Shown one piece after another: positions 48,901 through 58,800 of a stretch of 64,000 nucleotides of DNA; position 1 is the stretch's first letter, and every line of letters starts with the position of its first letter. Made by a program: the position numbers and the translations under genes. Under the pieces are notes generated by a model. The model saw nothing but the letters and a program-made list of their open reading frames with translations. It was not told where the DNA came from and made no database searches. Source of the stretch: Cyanobacteriota bacterium (GTDB lineage Bacteria; Cyanobacteriota; Cyanobacteriia; Cyanobacteriales; Nostocaceae). Location: the NCBI GenBank assembly GCA_046045965.1, contig JBJOKS010000008.1:32001-96000 (forward strand). Reading direction: 5' to 3'.

Positions 48901-49150
48901 CATAGTAGGCATCAGCATCCCAGCGAATTTTCGGCACTTCGGTAATGGTATCGACTCCATCGCGCAAGATCCGCCATAATACTGCTGGATGATCAATTCC
49001 TCCTGGGAATCGGCAGCCCATACCAATAATTGCAATTGGTTCAGTCTGGGCATATTCTAAAGCATCCAACTTAGATTGCATCTTCTCTAGTTGAAGTAGA
49101 CCATCTGCCAGCAAAGACTTATAGTCTATACTTCTTGGCTCTTGCTTCAT
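45953..49150 (-). CDS. Type I PKS protein KS-(inactive AT)-(inactive ACP) [PKS3]
   Basis: KS triad intact. AT reads TAQDSQ and GDSIG and lacks the HAFH subdomain. ACP reads GMNYS in place of GMDSL. Confidence 0.88.
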   Translation of the reverse strand: MKQEPRSIDYKSLLADGLLQLEKMQSKLDALEYAQTEPIAIIGMGCRFPGGIDHPAVLWRILRDGVDTITEVPKIRWDADAYYDPDPNAIGKMYTRYGSFVNDVETFDASFFNISPREAMSLDPQQRILLEVSWQALEDSHQVPEKLSDSPAGVFIGICNNDYARRLSAAKELNAYFGTGNAYSTVAGRLSYFLGLTGPSLAVDTACSSSLVAVHLACQSLRQQECSLALAGGVNLLLSPEGSIVFSRARMLSPDGSCKTFDADADGYVRGEGCGVIVLKRLSDAIKNQDNILALIRGSAINHDGSSGGLTVPNGPSQQKVISQALENGGVEPSQVSYIEAHGTGTSLGDPIEVGALGAVFSGNHCQENPLMIGSLKTNMGHLEAAAGIAGLIKVVLQLQHQEIVPHLHLKKPNPYINWDQLPVSVPTQLTPWSVNSQTRIAGVSSFGFSGTNAHVVLEEAPVPAKIENASERPLHLLTLSAKTPQALEELVSLYRNHLENHRELELADICYTANTGRAHFNHRIAAIATNQQELAEKLHHYLQAEQVNGLFSGQLPSNASSPKVAFLFTAQDSQYVQMGKDLYQKTFVFRQAIDQCDQILRGDLEYPLLSVLYPPTIDKQSSSLLDQPAYSQPALFAIEYALAKLWQSWGIKPDVVMGDSIGEYVAATVAGVFSLEDALKLITTRARLVESRSGEFEAVAKGVTYSQPQIPIISHLTGEKATSEIATPEYWIDQIGQPVDFTQSMQTLHQSGYKLFLEISPQPILVEIGQQYLSEDLGLCLPSLNPDQEDWQQMLSSLGQLYVKGVKVDWSGFDRDDPRHKVALPTYPFQRQRYWLETSEKRNQQNGHQQDILDNSLNTIAELLNKINTEQLADELNFQEQLTEQEQKLLPKLLKILTTRFQEYDQSPAQDLGIFQKLEKTPQGERQQLMINYLQDLITQLLGFDDTQSPDSQLGFFDMGMNYSTMLELRNLLETSFNCSISVTTLSEHFNIQKLAKYLITKIFGGELEQKLEIDSNENQQQFVDRELKALDEEAIAKAIQEELIATALQDELKEIQLLLHQEI

Positions 49151-52100
49151 TTTATGTTTTCCCCTTTGAGGCTAGATAGTTTTTGGGCAAATAGGTTAGC
49201 AATTTCATCTTGAGACATTTCTTGTAATTGATCTTTGAATTGATCCAAGGAATCAGCCTCCGGCTCTGGGGCTTTTAAGTTAGAATCAGATGAAACAAAA
49301 AACTCCAGAGAAAGAACATCTGACACCAGATGATCCACCAGCTTTTCCAATGTAGGATAGTCAAACAGGACTGTAGAACTGATGGATTTCCCTAAACTGG
49401 ATTGGAGATGATTTCTCAACTCCACCGCCATCAAAGAATCTATTCCCAAGTCAAGTAACGATTCTCGTAACCCTATCTGCTTAGGTAATGTTACCCCCAA
49501 AACTTTGGCGGCTTGCTCCTGAACATGAATCACTAACAACTCCCGACGCTCTTCCACTGGAGTCACTTCCAGTCGCTGCATAAAATTGGACTTCCCTTTC
49601 CCCATATTTGACTGCCCCATCGTGGAAGTAAAAGCCTCCAAAAACGGCATCTTAGTCCCAATAGGTAACTGCTTCAAGAAATCAGACCAGTTGATTGACA
49701 AGACTCCCACCTGAGTAGCATCTTGTGCCAACAAGTCAGCCAATACCTGCAAACCTCCTTCAGCAGAAATGGGAATGAGTCCCTGAGTCAATATTCGATG
49801 CTGATGCTGACTTCCCAGACGTGCAGCCATTCCTCCTTCCGCCCACGGTCCCCAGTTAACACTCAGTCCCGGTAAACCCATTCCTCGTCGATAGTGAGCC
49901 AAGGCATCCATGAAAGCATTAGCGGCTGAATAATTCCCTTGACCTGGTGACCCCAGCACGGAAGCGATGGAAGAGAAACAAATGAAAAAGTCCAACGGTA
50001 GATGCTCAGTCAAGGTGTGCAGATACCAAGCCCCTTGGACTTTCGGTGCCATCACTTGTGTAAATCGCTCCCAACTCATCTGTTGCATTAAACCATCATC
50101 CAATACCCCCGCTGCATGAACTATACCTCGTAACGGTGGTAAAGATGTTTCGATTGACTCCAGAATTTTAGTCACATCTTCTGCTTGGGAGATATCCCCA
50201 CACAGAACTAATACCTGTACTCCTGCCTTTTGCAATTCTTCAATGCTTTGTTGAGACAAATCTGATGGCGGTTTACGTCCAGTAAGGACTAAATGTTTGG
50301 CTCCTTGTTCTGCCATCCACTTCGCTGTATGTAACCCCAGTGCGCCCAAACCCCCGGTAATTAAGTAACTGGCTTCGGGTTGAATCGAAGCTGGTTTTTC
50401 ATCAGTTTCATCAGCTTGTGGCATCGATACTACGACCTTGCCAATGTGTTTGCCTTGCTGCATATAGCGAAAAGCTTCCACAACCTGTTCGATGTCAAAG
50501 ACTTTATGAGGTAAAGGCTTTAAATAACCTTGTGCAAATTGCTGTCCCAAACAGTCCATGATTTGGGTAATTAAACCCGGATTTTCTTGAGCCACTTCCC
50601 CTAAGTCGAAGGGAAAATACTGAGCATCTGGTCTTTTCTGTTTGACCTGATCTTCATCCCAAATCCCAATTTTGCCAATTTCCACGAACCGCCCCCCGGG
50701 CGCTAAAACCTCAAAGCTCTTGGTAATAAATTCCCCATTCAGACTATTGAGTACCACATCCACACCCTGTCCCTGGGTAAGATGCATGACTTCTGCGGCA
50801 AAATCTAAAGTCCGGGAGTTCATCAGATGTTTCACACCCATAGATTTGAGAAATTCCCATTTGGAAGGGCTGGCCGTCGCAAATATTTCTGCTCCCGCTT
50901 GTTGTGCTATCTGCACTGCTGCTTGCCCCACTCCTCCTGCCGCAGCATGAATTAATACTCTGTCTCCTGGTTGAATTTTCGCTAGGTTATGTAACCCATG
51001 ATAAGCAGTGGAGAAGACTAAGGGAATGGTTGCTGCTGCAAATGAGTTCATCTGTTTGGGTTGAAGAACTACAAACTCGGCTCTGGCGGTGATAAAACTA
51101 CTCAAAGCACCAGGCAGAAGGTTGGCCATCACTTCATCCCCCACTTGCAAATGAGAAACCCCTTCTCCAACTGCCACAATTGTGCCGGCACATTCAAACC
51201 CAAAAGTCAGTTGTTCGGCACTGGTAATGCCGAGATGTTGGGCATAGTAATCTTTCAGCAGCCCTAAAGCATTCAGTACATCGCGGAAATTCAGTCCTAC
51301 AGTTTTCACTCTTATTTCCACTTCCTGTGGACCTGGGGAGCGACGTTCCATTGGTTGTAAGCTGAGATTGTCTAACAACCCATATTCTGATAACTTCAGT
51401 TGGAATGGTTGTTGCGAGGAAATTTCTAATCTGCCTTGTGTGGATCTTAGAGCTTTTTGTTGCCGTGTTAACCTGGCAACATGACGTACCTGTTGACGGT
51501 AAGCGATTTGGTTTTCATCACCAGGGGATAATAATTCCTGCAACAAAGTTGGTACTGCTTGGAAATCTTCTCCAGCAGGATCTAAGTCTAAACACCGACA
51601 TTGTAATTCCCCATTTTCCTGGGCAATTGTTCGCCCCAGTCCCCACAGTGGGCTTTGTTGAAACTGTATATTATGTGACTTATTACCCACTGATTGAGCG
51701 CCTTGAGTCACTAGCCACAATGCAGGGGGATTTTTTATTTGTTGATTTTTGACTATAGCTTGTACTAAGTGAAGTACGCTGCCACAACCCAATTCTTGGG
51801 ACTTTTGCAACTCCTGTGCCGATGTTGGTGTTGTTAGTGTTGCTTGTAAACTCCACAGATGGACAATTCCTCGTAATGGGGGTTGCTGCTCTAAGCTCTC
51901 TTGCAATAGGCGCGGGAATTCACTGACATTAATCGGATTGATTTGATAATGATGGGATGCTAACTGCTGATAATTCTCCCCTGGTGTCACTAAGATACAA
52001 TGCTGACCTTGTTTTTCTAAGGATTCTGCCAGTTGTTTGCCTATACCTGTGGGTGGGGAAAACAGTAGCCAGCTACCTGGTTTTGTTAAGTCAATGGATT

Positions 52101-55100
52101 GGTTTGCCGGTGACGTTGATTGCGGTTGCCAATGGATTTGATATAACCAATTACTGACATCTGGTCTGAGAGTATTTAGTAAGGCTTGGCGAGAAGTACG
52201 TAATACGGTTAAACCTTCTACTTGAGCTACTACTATTCCCTGTTCATCCAATATCCGGACAACACCTGTCAACGTTCGTTCATTGGTTTTGATTGCACCT
52301 ATCTCTACTTGCGTCCACAGATGATTACTAGCAGGACGATAAACTTGTAGCCGTTTTATGTTGACTGGTAAGTAAGTACTCTGATTTTCAGTTTCATCAA
52401 AAGCAGCAGCCAACAGATGGAAACTAGCATCTAACAGCACGGGGTGCAGTTGGTATTTTGTTGCTTCTGGGACTAAGGTTTCTGGTAACTGAATTTTACC
52501 TAGTGCTTTTCCTTGACTGCGCCACAGTTGCTGAACAGCTTGGAAACTTGAACCGTAATCAATGCCTCTATCTCTATACTCTTGGTAGAAGTCTTGAGGT
52601 GATATTTGTTGATGATACTCGGCTTTAATGGCTTTTAAGTCCGTTTTTTCTAGTTCATCATCCTGATCCCCTGCCAGCAATTTTCCTTGTGCATGTAGAA
52701 TCCACCTCGATTCTGACTTCTGAGAATCCATCTCCAGACTCAAAATCTCGAAACTATAAGTTTGCGCTTCTTGTGGGGTTAATACAACCTGAATCGTTTT
52801 GATTTCATCTTCTGATAAAATCAGTGCTTGTTGAATAACAACATCTTCTAGGATTAAATTTTCTGATTTGAATAAAGTTGCACCTGCTGCTAAAGCTATT
52901 TCTAGATAACCTGCTCCTGGAAAAACGGGTTTAGAAAAAACACAATGGTGTTGCAGGTAAGTCGGATGGGAAGCACTGAGAAGGCACTGAAAACGAATTT
53001 GCTGTTCTAAGCCAGCTAAATACAATCTCTGACCAAGTAGAGGGTGAAGATTCTCATGGTTTGATAAAAATTGGGTTTTATTCGTCAGATTATTATCTGT
53101 CTCCCAATACCGTTGCCGTTGAAAGGGATAGGTGGGCAACACCACTTTACTATGGGAATAATCTTGCTCAAAGCCTAACCAATCTACTTTCATTCCCCGC
53201 ACATATAATTCTCCCAAGCTCTGTAGTATTTGTTGCCAGTCTTCTTGACCCGAACGCAAAGAAGGCAACCAAACCCCAACTCCTTCTGGCAAACACTGTC
53301 TTCCCATCCCTAACAATATTGGTTTGGGTCCTATTTCTAGGAAGATTTCATAACCTTCTTGGTGCAATGTCTCCATGCTTTGGGCGAATTTCACTGGTTG
53401 GCAGACATGATTTACCCAGTAGCTGGCTGTGGTAATACTCTCGTCGGCTCTTGCTCCTGTGACATTCGATATCAATGGAATCCGAGGTTGATGGTAGGTT
53501 ATTTGATTGGCTACTGCTTCAAATTCCGCTAACATCGGTTCCATTAAGGGTGAATGAAAAGCATGAGATACTTGTAGCTGTTTGGTCTTGATTCCTTCTG
53601 CTTCTAAGCTCTCCCTCAGTTTTCCAATGGCTTCTGCTTCACCAGAAATGACAATGCTCACAGGTCCGTTGATGGCAGCTATGGCCACTTTTTCTGTGTA
53701 TGGGGCAATCAGTTGATTTACTTTCTCTGGGGATGCCATCACAGCTAACATCTCACCACCGTGAGGTAACTGCTGCATTAACCGTCCCCGATGGGCTATC
53801 AGTTTGAGTCCATCTTCTAAACTAAATACTCCTGCTACACAAGCTGCGACATATTCCCCAACACTATGACCCATCACCCCATTTGGTTTCATCCCCCAAG
53901 ATTCCCATAACTTAGCCAGGGCATATTCAACGGCAAATAAGGCAGGTTGAGTATACGCGGTTTGGTCTAGCAAAGAGGAGCTTGACGCTTCCTGCGTGTT
54001 AGGATAAATAATTTCTAGAAGTGTATGTTCCAGATAGGAACTGAGGATTTGCTCACATTGATCTAAAGCTTGGCGGAAAGTCGGCTGAGTTTCATACAGT
54101 TGTCGCCCCATGTTCAGATATTGGCTACCTTGACCTGTGAATAGGAAGGCTACTTTGGGCGCACTGCTACTACTTGGTAGTTGTTCTGAAGATATTCCTG
54201 CTGCTTCTGACCCGGCTTTGTGTTGCAGAAGTTTTTCTGTTAGTTCCTGTTGGTCAGAGGCGATAATGGCTAGACGATGGTTGAAGTGGGCGCGTCCAGT
54301 ATTGGCTGTATAACATACATCTGCAACTGCTAATTCTGGATGAGTTTCTAAATGATGTTGATAACGACTGACTAAATCTTCAAGGGCTGTTTCTGTTTTT
54401 GCCGATAAGGTTAATATATGGAGTGGACGTTCTAAATTATCTTCACTTTTGCCTGGGGATTTTTGATTTTTGACTGGCTCAGGAAATTCTTCCAAAACTA
54501 TATGGGCATTAGTGCCTCCCATGCCAAAAGAACTAATCCCTGCTATTCTTGCTTGACCTGGACAAGACCAAGGCATTAATGAGGTAGGAATTTTTATCGG
54601 TAATTTATCCCAATCTACATGGGGGTTAGGTTGTTTAAAGTGTAAATGAGGTGGAATTTGCTGATGCCCAAGTGCTAAAACCACCTTAATCAAAGCTGAT
54701 ACACCTGCTGCTGCTTCTAAATGCCCAAGATTAGTCTTTACTGAGCCAACAACCAAAGGTTGATCCACTGGACGATTTTTGCCGTATATTGCTGCTAGAG
54801 CTTCTATCTCTATGGGATCTCCTAAAGAAGTTCCTGTGCCGTGAGCCTCGACATAGGTTATTTGATGGGGTTCTAACTTGGCATTTGTCAGTGCTTCTTG
54901 AATGACCTGTTTCTGAGCCATTCTATTGGGAACTGTGAAAGCACTACTTGGTCCATCGTGGTTAACAGCAGACCCTCGAATCACTGCTGAGATTAAATCA
55001 CCATCAGCAATAGCATCGGATAAACGCTTTAAAACTACAACACCACATCCTTCTCCCTGACCATAACCATTGGCAGAGGCATCAAAAGTCTTGCAACGAC

Positions 55101-55875
55101 CATCTGGAGATAGTGCTTTTAATTGGCAGCGACCTATCGTGCTGGTGGGCGCTAAGATCAGATTGACTCCACCTACTAATGCTAAGTTGGATTCTCCTGA
55201 ACGCAAGCTCTGAGAAGCCAGATGGATAGCAACTAGAGAACTTGAACAAGCTGTGTCTATCTGTATATTAGAGCCTTGTAAACCCAATAGATGAGAAATA
55301 CGACCGACACCAACACTTCTACTCTTACCGAGAGCAGAGTAAGTACCAGCACTTTGATTTTGGTGCATGATACTCAAGGCAGAATAGTCATCTGTGGAGA
55401 TGCCGATGAAAACACTTGTCTTGCTATTCTTCAGGTTAGCCCATGTTTGTCCGGCATTTTCCAGTGCTTCCCATGTCACTTCCAACAGTAGTCTGTACTG
55501 AGGATCTAAACTAATTGCTTCCCGAGGAGAAATTCCAAAAAATAGGGGATCAAACTGGTCAAATTGATCAATAAATCCCCCCTCTTTGGTGTAGGTTTTT
55601 CCAGCAACTTCTGGGTCTGGATCGTAATAAGCATTAACATCCCAACGCTGAGGAGGCACTGGTGTAATGGCATCTATGCCATCATGTAATAAGTTCCAGT
55701 ATGTCGATAGGTCATTAGCACCACCAGGAAATCGACAGGCCATGCCAACAATAGCGATTGGTTCGGTTTTGGCTTTATTTACTGCTTCCAGCTTACTTCG
55801 CATTTCTTTGAGAGCTTGAAGCACTGCTTGAGATGAGAAATTTTGTTGGGTTGTTTGAGAAATATCACTAGCCAT
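49147..55875 (-). CDS. Type I PKS fully reducing module KS-AT-DH-ER-KR-ACP [PKS2]
   Basis: DH HPLLG...[15 protein letters not shown]...[35 protein letters not shown]. Confidence 0.92.
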   Translation of the reverse strand: MASDISQTTQQNFSSQAVLQALKEMRSKLEAVNKAKTEPIAIVGMACRFPGGANDLSTYWNLLHDGIDAITPVPPQRWDVNAYYDPDPEVAGKTYTKEGGFIDQFDQFDPLFFGISPREAISLDPQYRLLLEVTWEALENAGQTWANLKNSKTSVFIGISTDDYSALSIMHQNQSAGTYSALGKSRSVGVGRISHLLGLQGSNIQIDTACSSSLVAIHLASQSLRSGESNLALVGGVNLILAPTSTIGRCQLKALSPDGRCKTFDASANGYGQGEGCGVVVLKRLSDAIADGDLISAVIRGSAVNHDGPSSAFTVPNRMAQKQVIQEALTNAKLEPHQITYVEAHGTGTSLGDPIEIEALAAIYGKNRPVDQPLVVGSVKTNLGHLEAAAGVSALIKVVLALGHQQIPPHLHFKQPNPHVDWDKLPIKIPTSLMPWSCPGQARIAGISSFGMGGTNAHIVLEEFPEPVKNQKSPGKSEDNLERPLHILTLSAKTETALEDLVSRYQHHLETHPELAVADVCYTANTGRAHFNHRLAIIASDQQELTEKLLQHKAGSEAAGISSEQLPSSSSAPKVAFLFTGQGSQYLNMGRQLYETQPTFRQALDQCEQILSSYLEHTLLEIIYPNTQEASSSSLLDQTAYTQPALFAVEYALAKLWESWGMKPNGVMGHSVGEYVAACVAGVFSLEDGLKLIAHRGRLMQQLPHGGEMLAVMASPEKVNQLIAPYTEKVAIAAINGPVSIVISGEAEAIGKLRESLEAEGIKTKQLQVSHAFHSPLMEPMLAEFEAVANQITYHQPRIPLISNVTGARADESITTASYWVNHVCQPVKFAQSMETLHQEGYEIFLEIGPKPILLGMGRQCLPEGVGVWLPSLRSGQEDWQQILQSLGELYVRGMKVDWLGFEQDYSHSKVVLPTYPFQRQRYWETDNNLTNKTQFLSNHENLHPLLGQRLYLAGLEQQIRFQCLLSASHPTYLQHHCVFSKPVFPGAGYLEIALAAGATLFKSENLILEDVVIQQALILSEDEIKTIQVVLTPQEAQTYSFEILSLEMDSQKSESRWILHAQGKLLAGDQDDELEKTDLKAIKAEYHQQISPQDFYQEYRDRGIDYGSSFQAVQQLWRSQGKALGKIQLPETLVPEATKYQLHPVLLDASFHLLAAAFDETENQSTYLPVNIKRLQVYRPASNHLWTQVEIGAIKTNERTLTGVVRILDEQGIVVAQVEGLTVLRTSRQALLNTLRPDVSNWLYQIHWQPQSTSPANQSIDLTKPGSWLLFSPPTGIGKQLAESLEKQGQHCILVTPGENYQQLASHHYQINPINVSEFPRLLQESLEQQPPLRGIVHLWSLQATLTTPTSAQELQKSQELGCGSVLHLVQAIVKNQQIKNPPALWLVTQGAQSVGNKSHNIQFQQSPLWGLGRTIAQENGELQCRCLDLDPAGEDFQAVPTLLQELLSPGDENQIAYRQQVRHVARLTRQQKALRSTQGRLEISSQQPFQLKLSEYGLLDNLSLQPMERRSPGPQEVEIRVKTVGLNFRDVLNALGLLKDYYAQHLGITSAEQLTFGFECAGTIVAVGEGVSHLQVGDEVMANLLPGALSSFITARAEFVVLQPKQMNSFAAATIPLVFSTAYHGLHNLAKIQPGDRVLIHAAAGGVGQAAVQIAQQAGAEIFATASPSKWEFLKSMGVKHLMNSRTLDFAAEVMHLTQGQGVDVVLNSLNGEFITKSFEVLAPGGRFVEIGKIGIWDEDQVKQKRPDAQYFPFDLGEVAQENPGLITQIMDCLGQQFAQGYLKPLPHKVFDIEQVVEAFRYMQQGKHIGKVVVSMPQADETDEKPASIQPEASYLITGGLGALGLHTAKWMAEQGAKHLVLTGRKPPSDLSQQSIEELQKAGVQVLVLCGDISQAEDVTKILESIETSLPPLRGIVHAAGVLDDGLMQQMSWERFTQVMAPKVQGAWYLHTLTEHLPLDFFICFSSIASVLGSPGQGNYSAANAFMDALAHYRRGMGLPGLSVNWGPWAEGGMAARLGSQHQHRILTQGLIPISAEGGLQVLADLLAQDATQVGVLSINWSDFLKQLPIGTKMPFLEAFTSTMGQSNMGKGKSNFMQRLEVTPVEERRELLVIHVQEQAAKVLGVTLPKQIGLRESLLDLGIDSLMAVELRNHLQSSLGKSISSTVLFDYPTLEKLVDHLVSDVLSLEFFVSSDSNLKAPEPEADSLDQFKDQLQEMSQDEIANLFAQKLSSLKGENIK

Positions 55876-55876
55876 T

Positions 55877-58800
55877 TTAGTTCTCCTCCTTTAGCAAAGC
55901 CTGGATTTCTTGTAATTCTGCCGCGATCGCAATATCAATTTCCTCTGGCGTTTCCCTATTGGGAGGAGGTACATTTGGCAGATTTTGACTGTTTTTAAGT
56001 TCAAGTTCTTGGTCTTGACCTTCTGGGAAAATTTCCTTAATTAAGTATTCTGCCAAGTCTTGGATATTAGAAGTCTCAAACAATGTAGCCGTACTAATAG
56101 AACAACCAAAAGTAGAACTCAACAGATTTCTCAATTCGACAGCAATCAATGAATCCATTCCCATTCTAAAGAATCCTAATTCTGGCTGAGGAAGTTGAGA
56201 TTTCGAGAATCCTAATAAGTTACCTATTTTTACTTGAAGATAATGAATCATAATTTGGTGGCGTTCAATCTCGACTGCTGCTTTCAGTTGTTCCAAAACT
56301 TCTTGACTCTTGGTTTCTTTCTGTTGTTTTGAAACCAATGCTTCTAAGCATGGCATTTTTACACCACCAGGCAAATGTTCGGCAAATCTAGACCAATTGA
56401 TCGGAAATACTCCTACTTGACTGACTGGCTGTGATAATAGCTCTCCTAATATCTGTAATCCTTTTTCTTGAGTTATAAAACTCATTCCTGTTGCACGTAG
56501 CCGATTTTGATGTTGACTTCCTAGACGAGCTGCCATTCCCCCTTGCTCCCAAGCCCCCCAGTTGATGGTTAATCCTGGTAATCCCATGCTCTGACGATAG
56601 TAAGCTAAAGCATCCATAAAGGCATTCGCCGCCGCATAGTTTCCTTGACCTGCTGAACCAAGTAAGGATGTGATGGAGGAAAAACAAACAAAGAAGTCTA
56701 GTGGTAGTTTCTGAGTTAAGTGATGTAAATGCCAAGCTCCTTGTAATTTTGGAGCCATAACTTTCCGAAACCGCTCCCAGTTCATCTGCTGTAAAACACC
56801 ATCATCTATGATTCCTGCTGCATGAATCACACCTCGTAATGGTGCTGGAGATTCCTCAATCAGCTTCAGGATACTAGCGACATCTTGTTCCTCAGATATA
56901 TCTCCTAGTCTGACTGATATTTTTGCTCCTGTTTGTTCCAACTGCTGAATAGTTTCCTGGACTCTTGCTGAGGGGGGGCGACGTCCGGTTAATACTATAT
57001 GTCGCGCGCCCTGTTTAATCATCCATTGAGCTACTTCCAATCCCAAAGCTCCCAGACCACCAGTCACTAAATAACTTGCTTCTGGTTTTAGTGTTATTTG
57101 TTGCTGTTGTTCTGAGATTTGATCTGGCGATCGCCTGACTAATCTAGCTACATAACGCTCTTTTCCACGGATGGCTATTTGGTCTTCATCGTCAGGATTT
57201 AATATTTCCTTGGCTAATGCTTCTAATGTTTCTGAGCTTTGGGTTTGGTCTACATCAACTCGCCGACATTTTAGCTCTGGGTGTTCTAATGCTATCACCC
57301 GACCCAAACCCCATAAAGGTGCTTGCTGTACTTTTACTTGCTGTTGATTTTCTTCTACATTTTGTGTTTCTTGGGTCACTAACCATAGAGGTACTACTGA
57401 TCTCGGATCTGATCCCATTGCTTGCACTAAATGTAGTACACTTGCACACCCTAGTTCTTGAGCAGTTTCCAACTCTTCTGTTGAGGTATTAATACTCCAT
57501 AAATGAACGACTCCTACTAATTTATTTTGAGTAGTCAACAACTCTTTTATTAGTTGTTTAAACTCTTGGGCATTGGTGGGGTTCAGTTGATAGTGTTGCT
57601 TGTCTAACTGATTGTAGCTAGATCCAGGAGTGACGATGACACAATTCTGATTCTGTGCTTCTAAAACTGTTTTTAACTCTTGGGTTGGTTCGTCGGCAGC
57701 GAATATTAGCCAATTCCCTGTCTCCTTTGGTGAAATTGACTTTTTCTGGGGAGATTGCGTGACTTTCCATTTCAATTCGTAAACCCATTGTTTAACTGCC
57801 ACTTCTGAGTAAGATAACAGTTGACTTAGAATTTGTTGGTTCAACTGATAAATTTGCTGTTTGGGAATTTCCTCTTGTTTTTTAGCCGTTAATAATACAT
57901 AGCTGGCTAATCCTTTTCTGAGCAGCTTTCCTAACTGATTGTAGGAGCGAAAAGCAGATTTAATATTCTCGTCATGACTTTTTTGCTCTAATTCATGTAG
58001 ATTATCTTCAAATTCAGGATCTTCCAAATAGTTAGCTATTTCCTGACTGATATCTATGGCTTGAATGAGTTGCAGATGATTTGTTGATAGTTGCTCTACC
58101 CAATGCTGTTTGGTAATAAAGTAAGAGGAAGTTTCTTCATGGTCGATATCAAAGTCTCCATTGGCAATAAAATCTGCCATGACTAATAATCCTGCTTCCT
58201 GAAGATGCCTACTTATATTAGAAAATAACAGGGATTTATTTTTAATATGATGAGCTACTTCAAATCCAAATACTAGGTTATAGTGATCAGGAAATTCATC
58301 TTTGGAGCTATCTCGGTTAAAAACTTGGATCTGCTCTTGCAGTTGATAGGCATGAATTTGGCTTGTGGCAAATTTAGCTTGTTCACTGGAAATCGTATAA
58401 CCATTCAGTTGCAGGTGTGGGTAAGTTTTGCCTAATGTGATTAAATCTGAGCCATATCCACAACCAAAATCTAATACTTTCTGACAGGACGAGAAATCTA
58501 CTTGTGCAAAACACAGGTTTCTTAGCTCTTTCTGTGACTCTAGCAAAGCTGTTTGATATGTTGGGTTTTGATGGGGGTTGGTAAACACTTTTACCCAGCA
58601 AAAACCAGGGATAATTTCTGGTAATATCCCAAAGGTGATGAATTGTAGTGATTTACCTTCTGTCTGTTCTTCTTGGCTTAACTTTGCTTTACTAACTTCT
58701 GTAAAGGAATTATAGTAATCATGAACTACATTGCCTTTAAATTGAGAAGAATTTTGATGCCGCTCAGTTAAAATTCTGAGCAACTTGGGTAACAATTTTT

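Noticed and set aside
45953..49150. PKS3 as a pseudogene
   Set aside because: It has no frameshift or stop, the KS triad and both docking ends are intact, and it is translationally coupled to its neighbours. It is kept as a CDS, although decay cannot be excluded.
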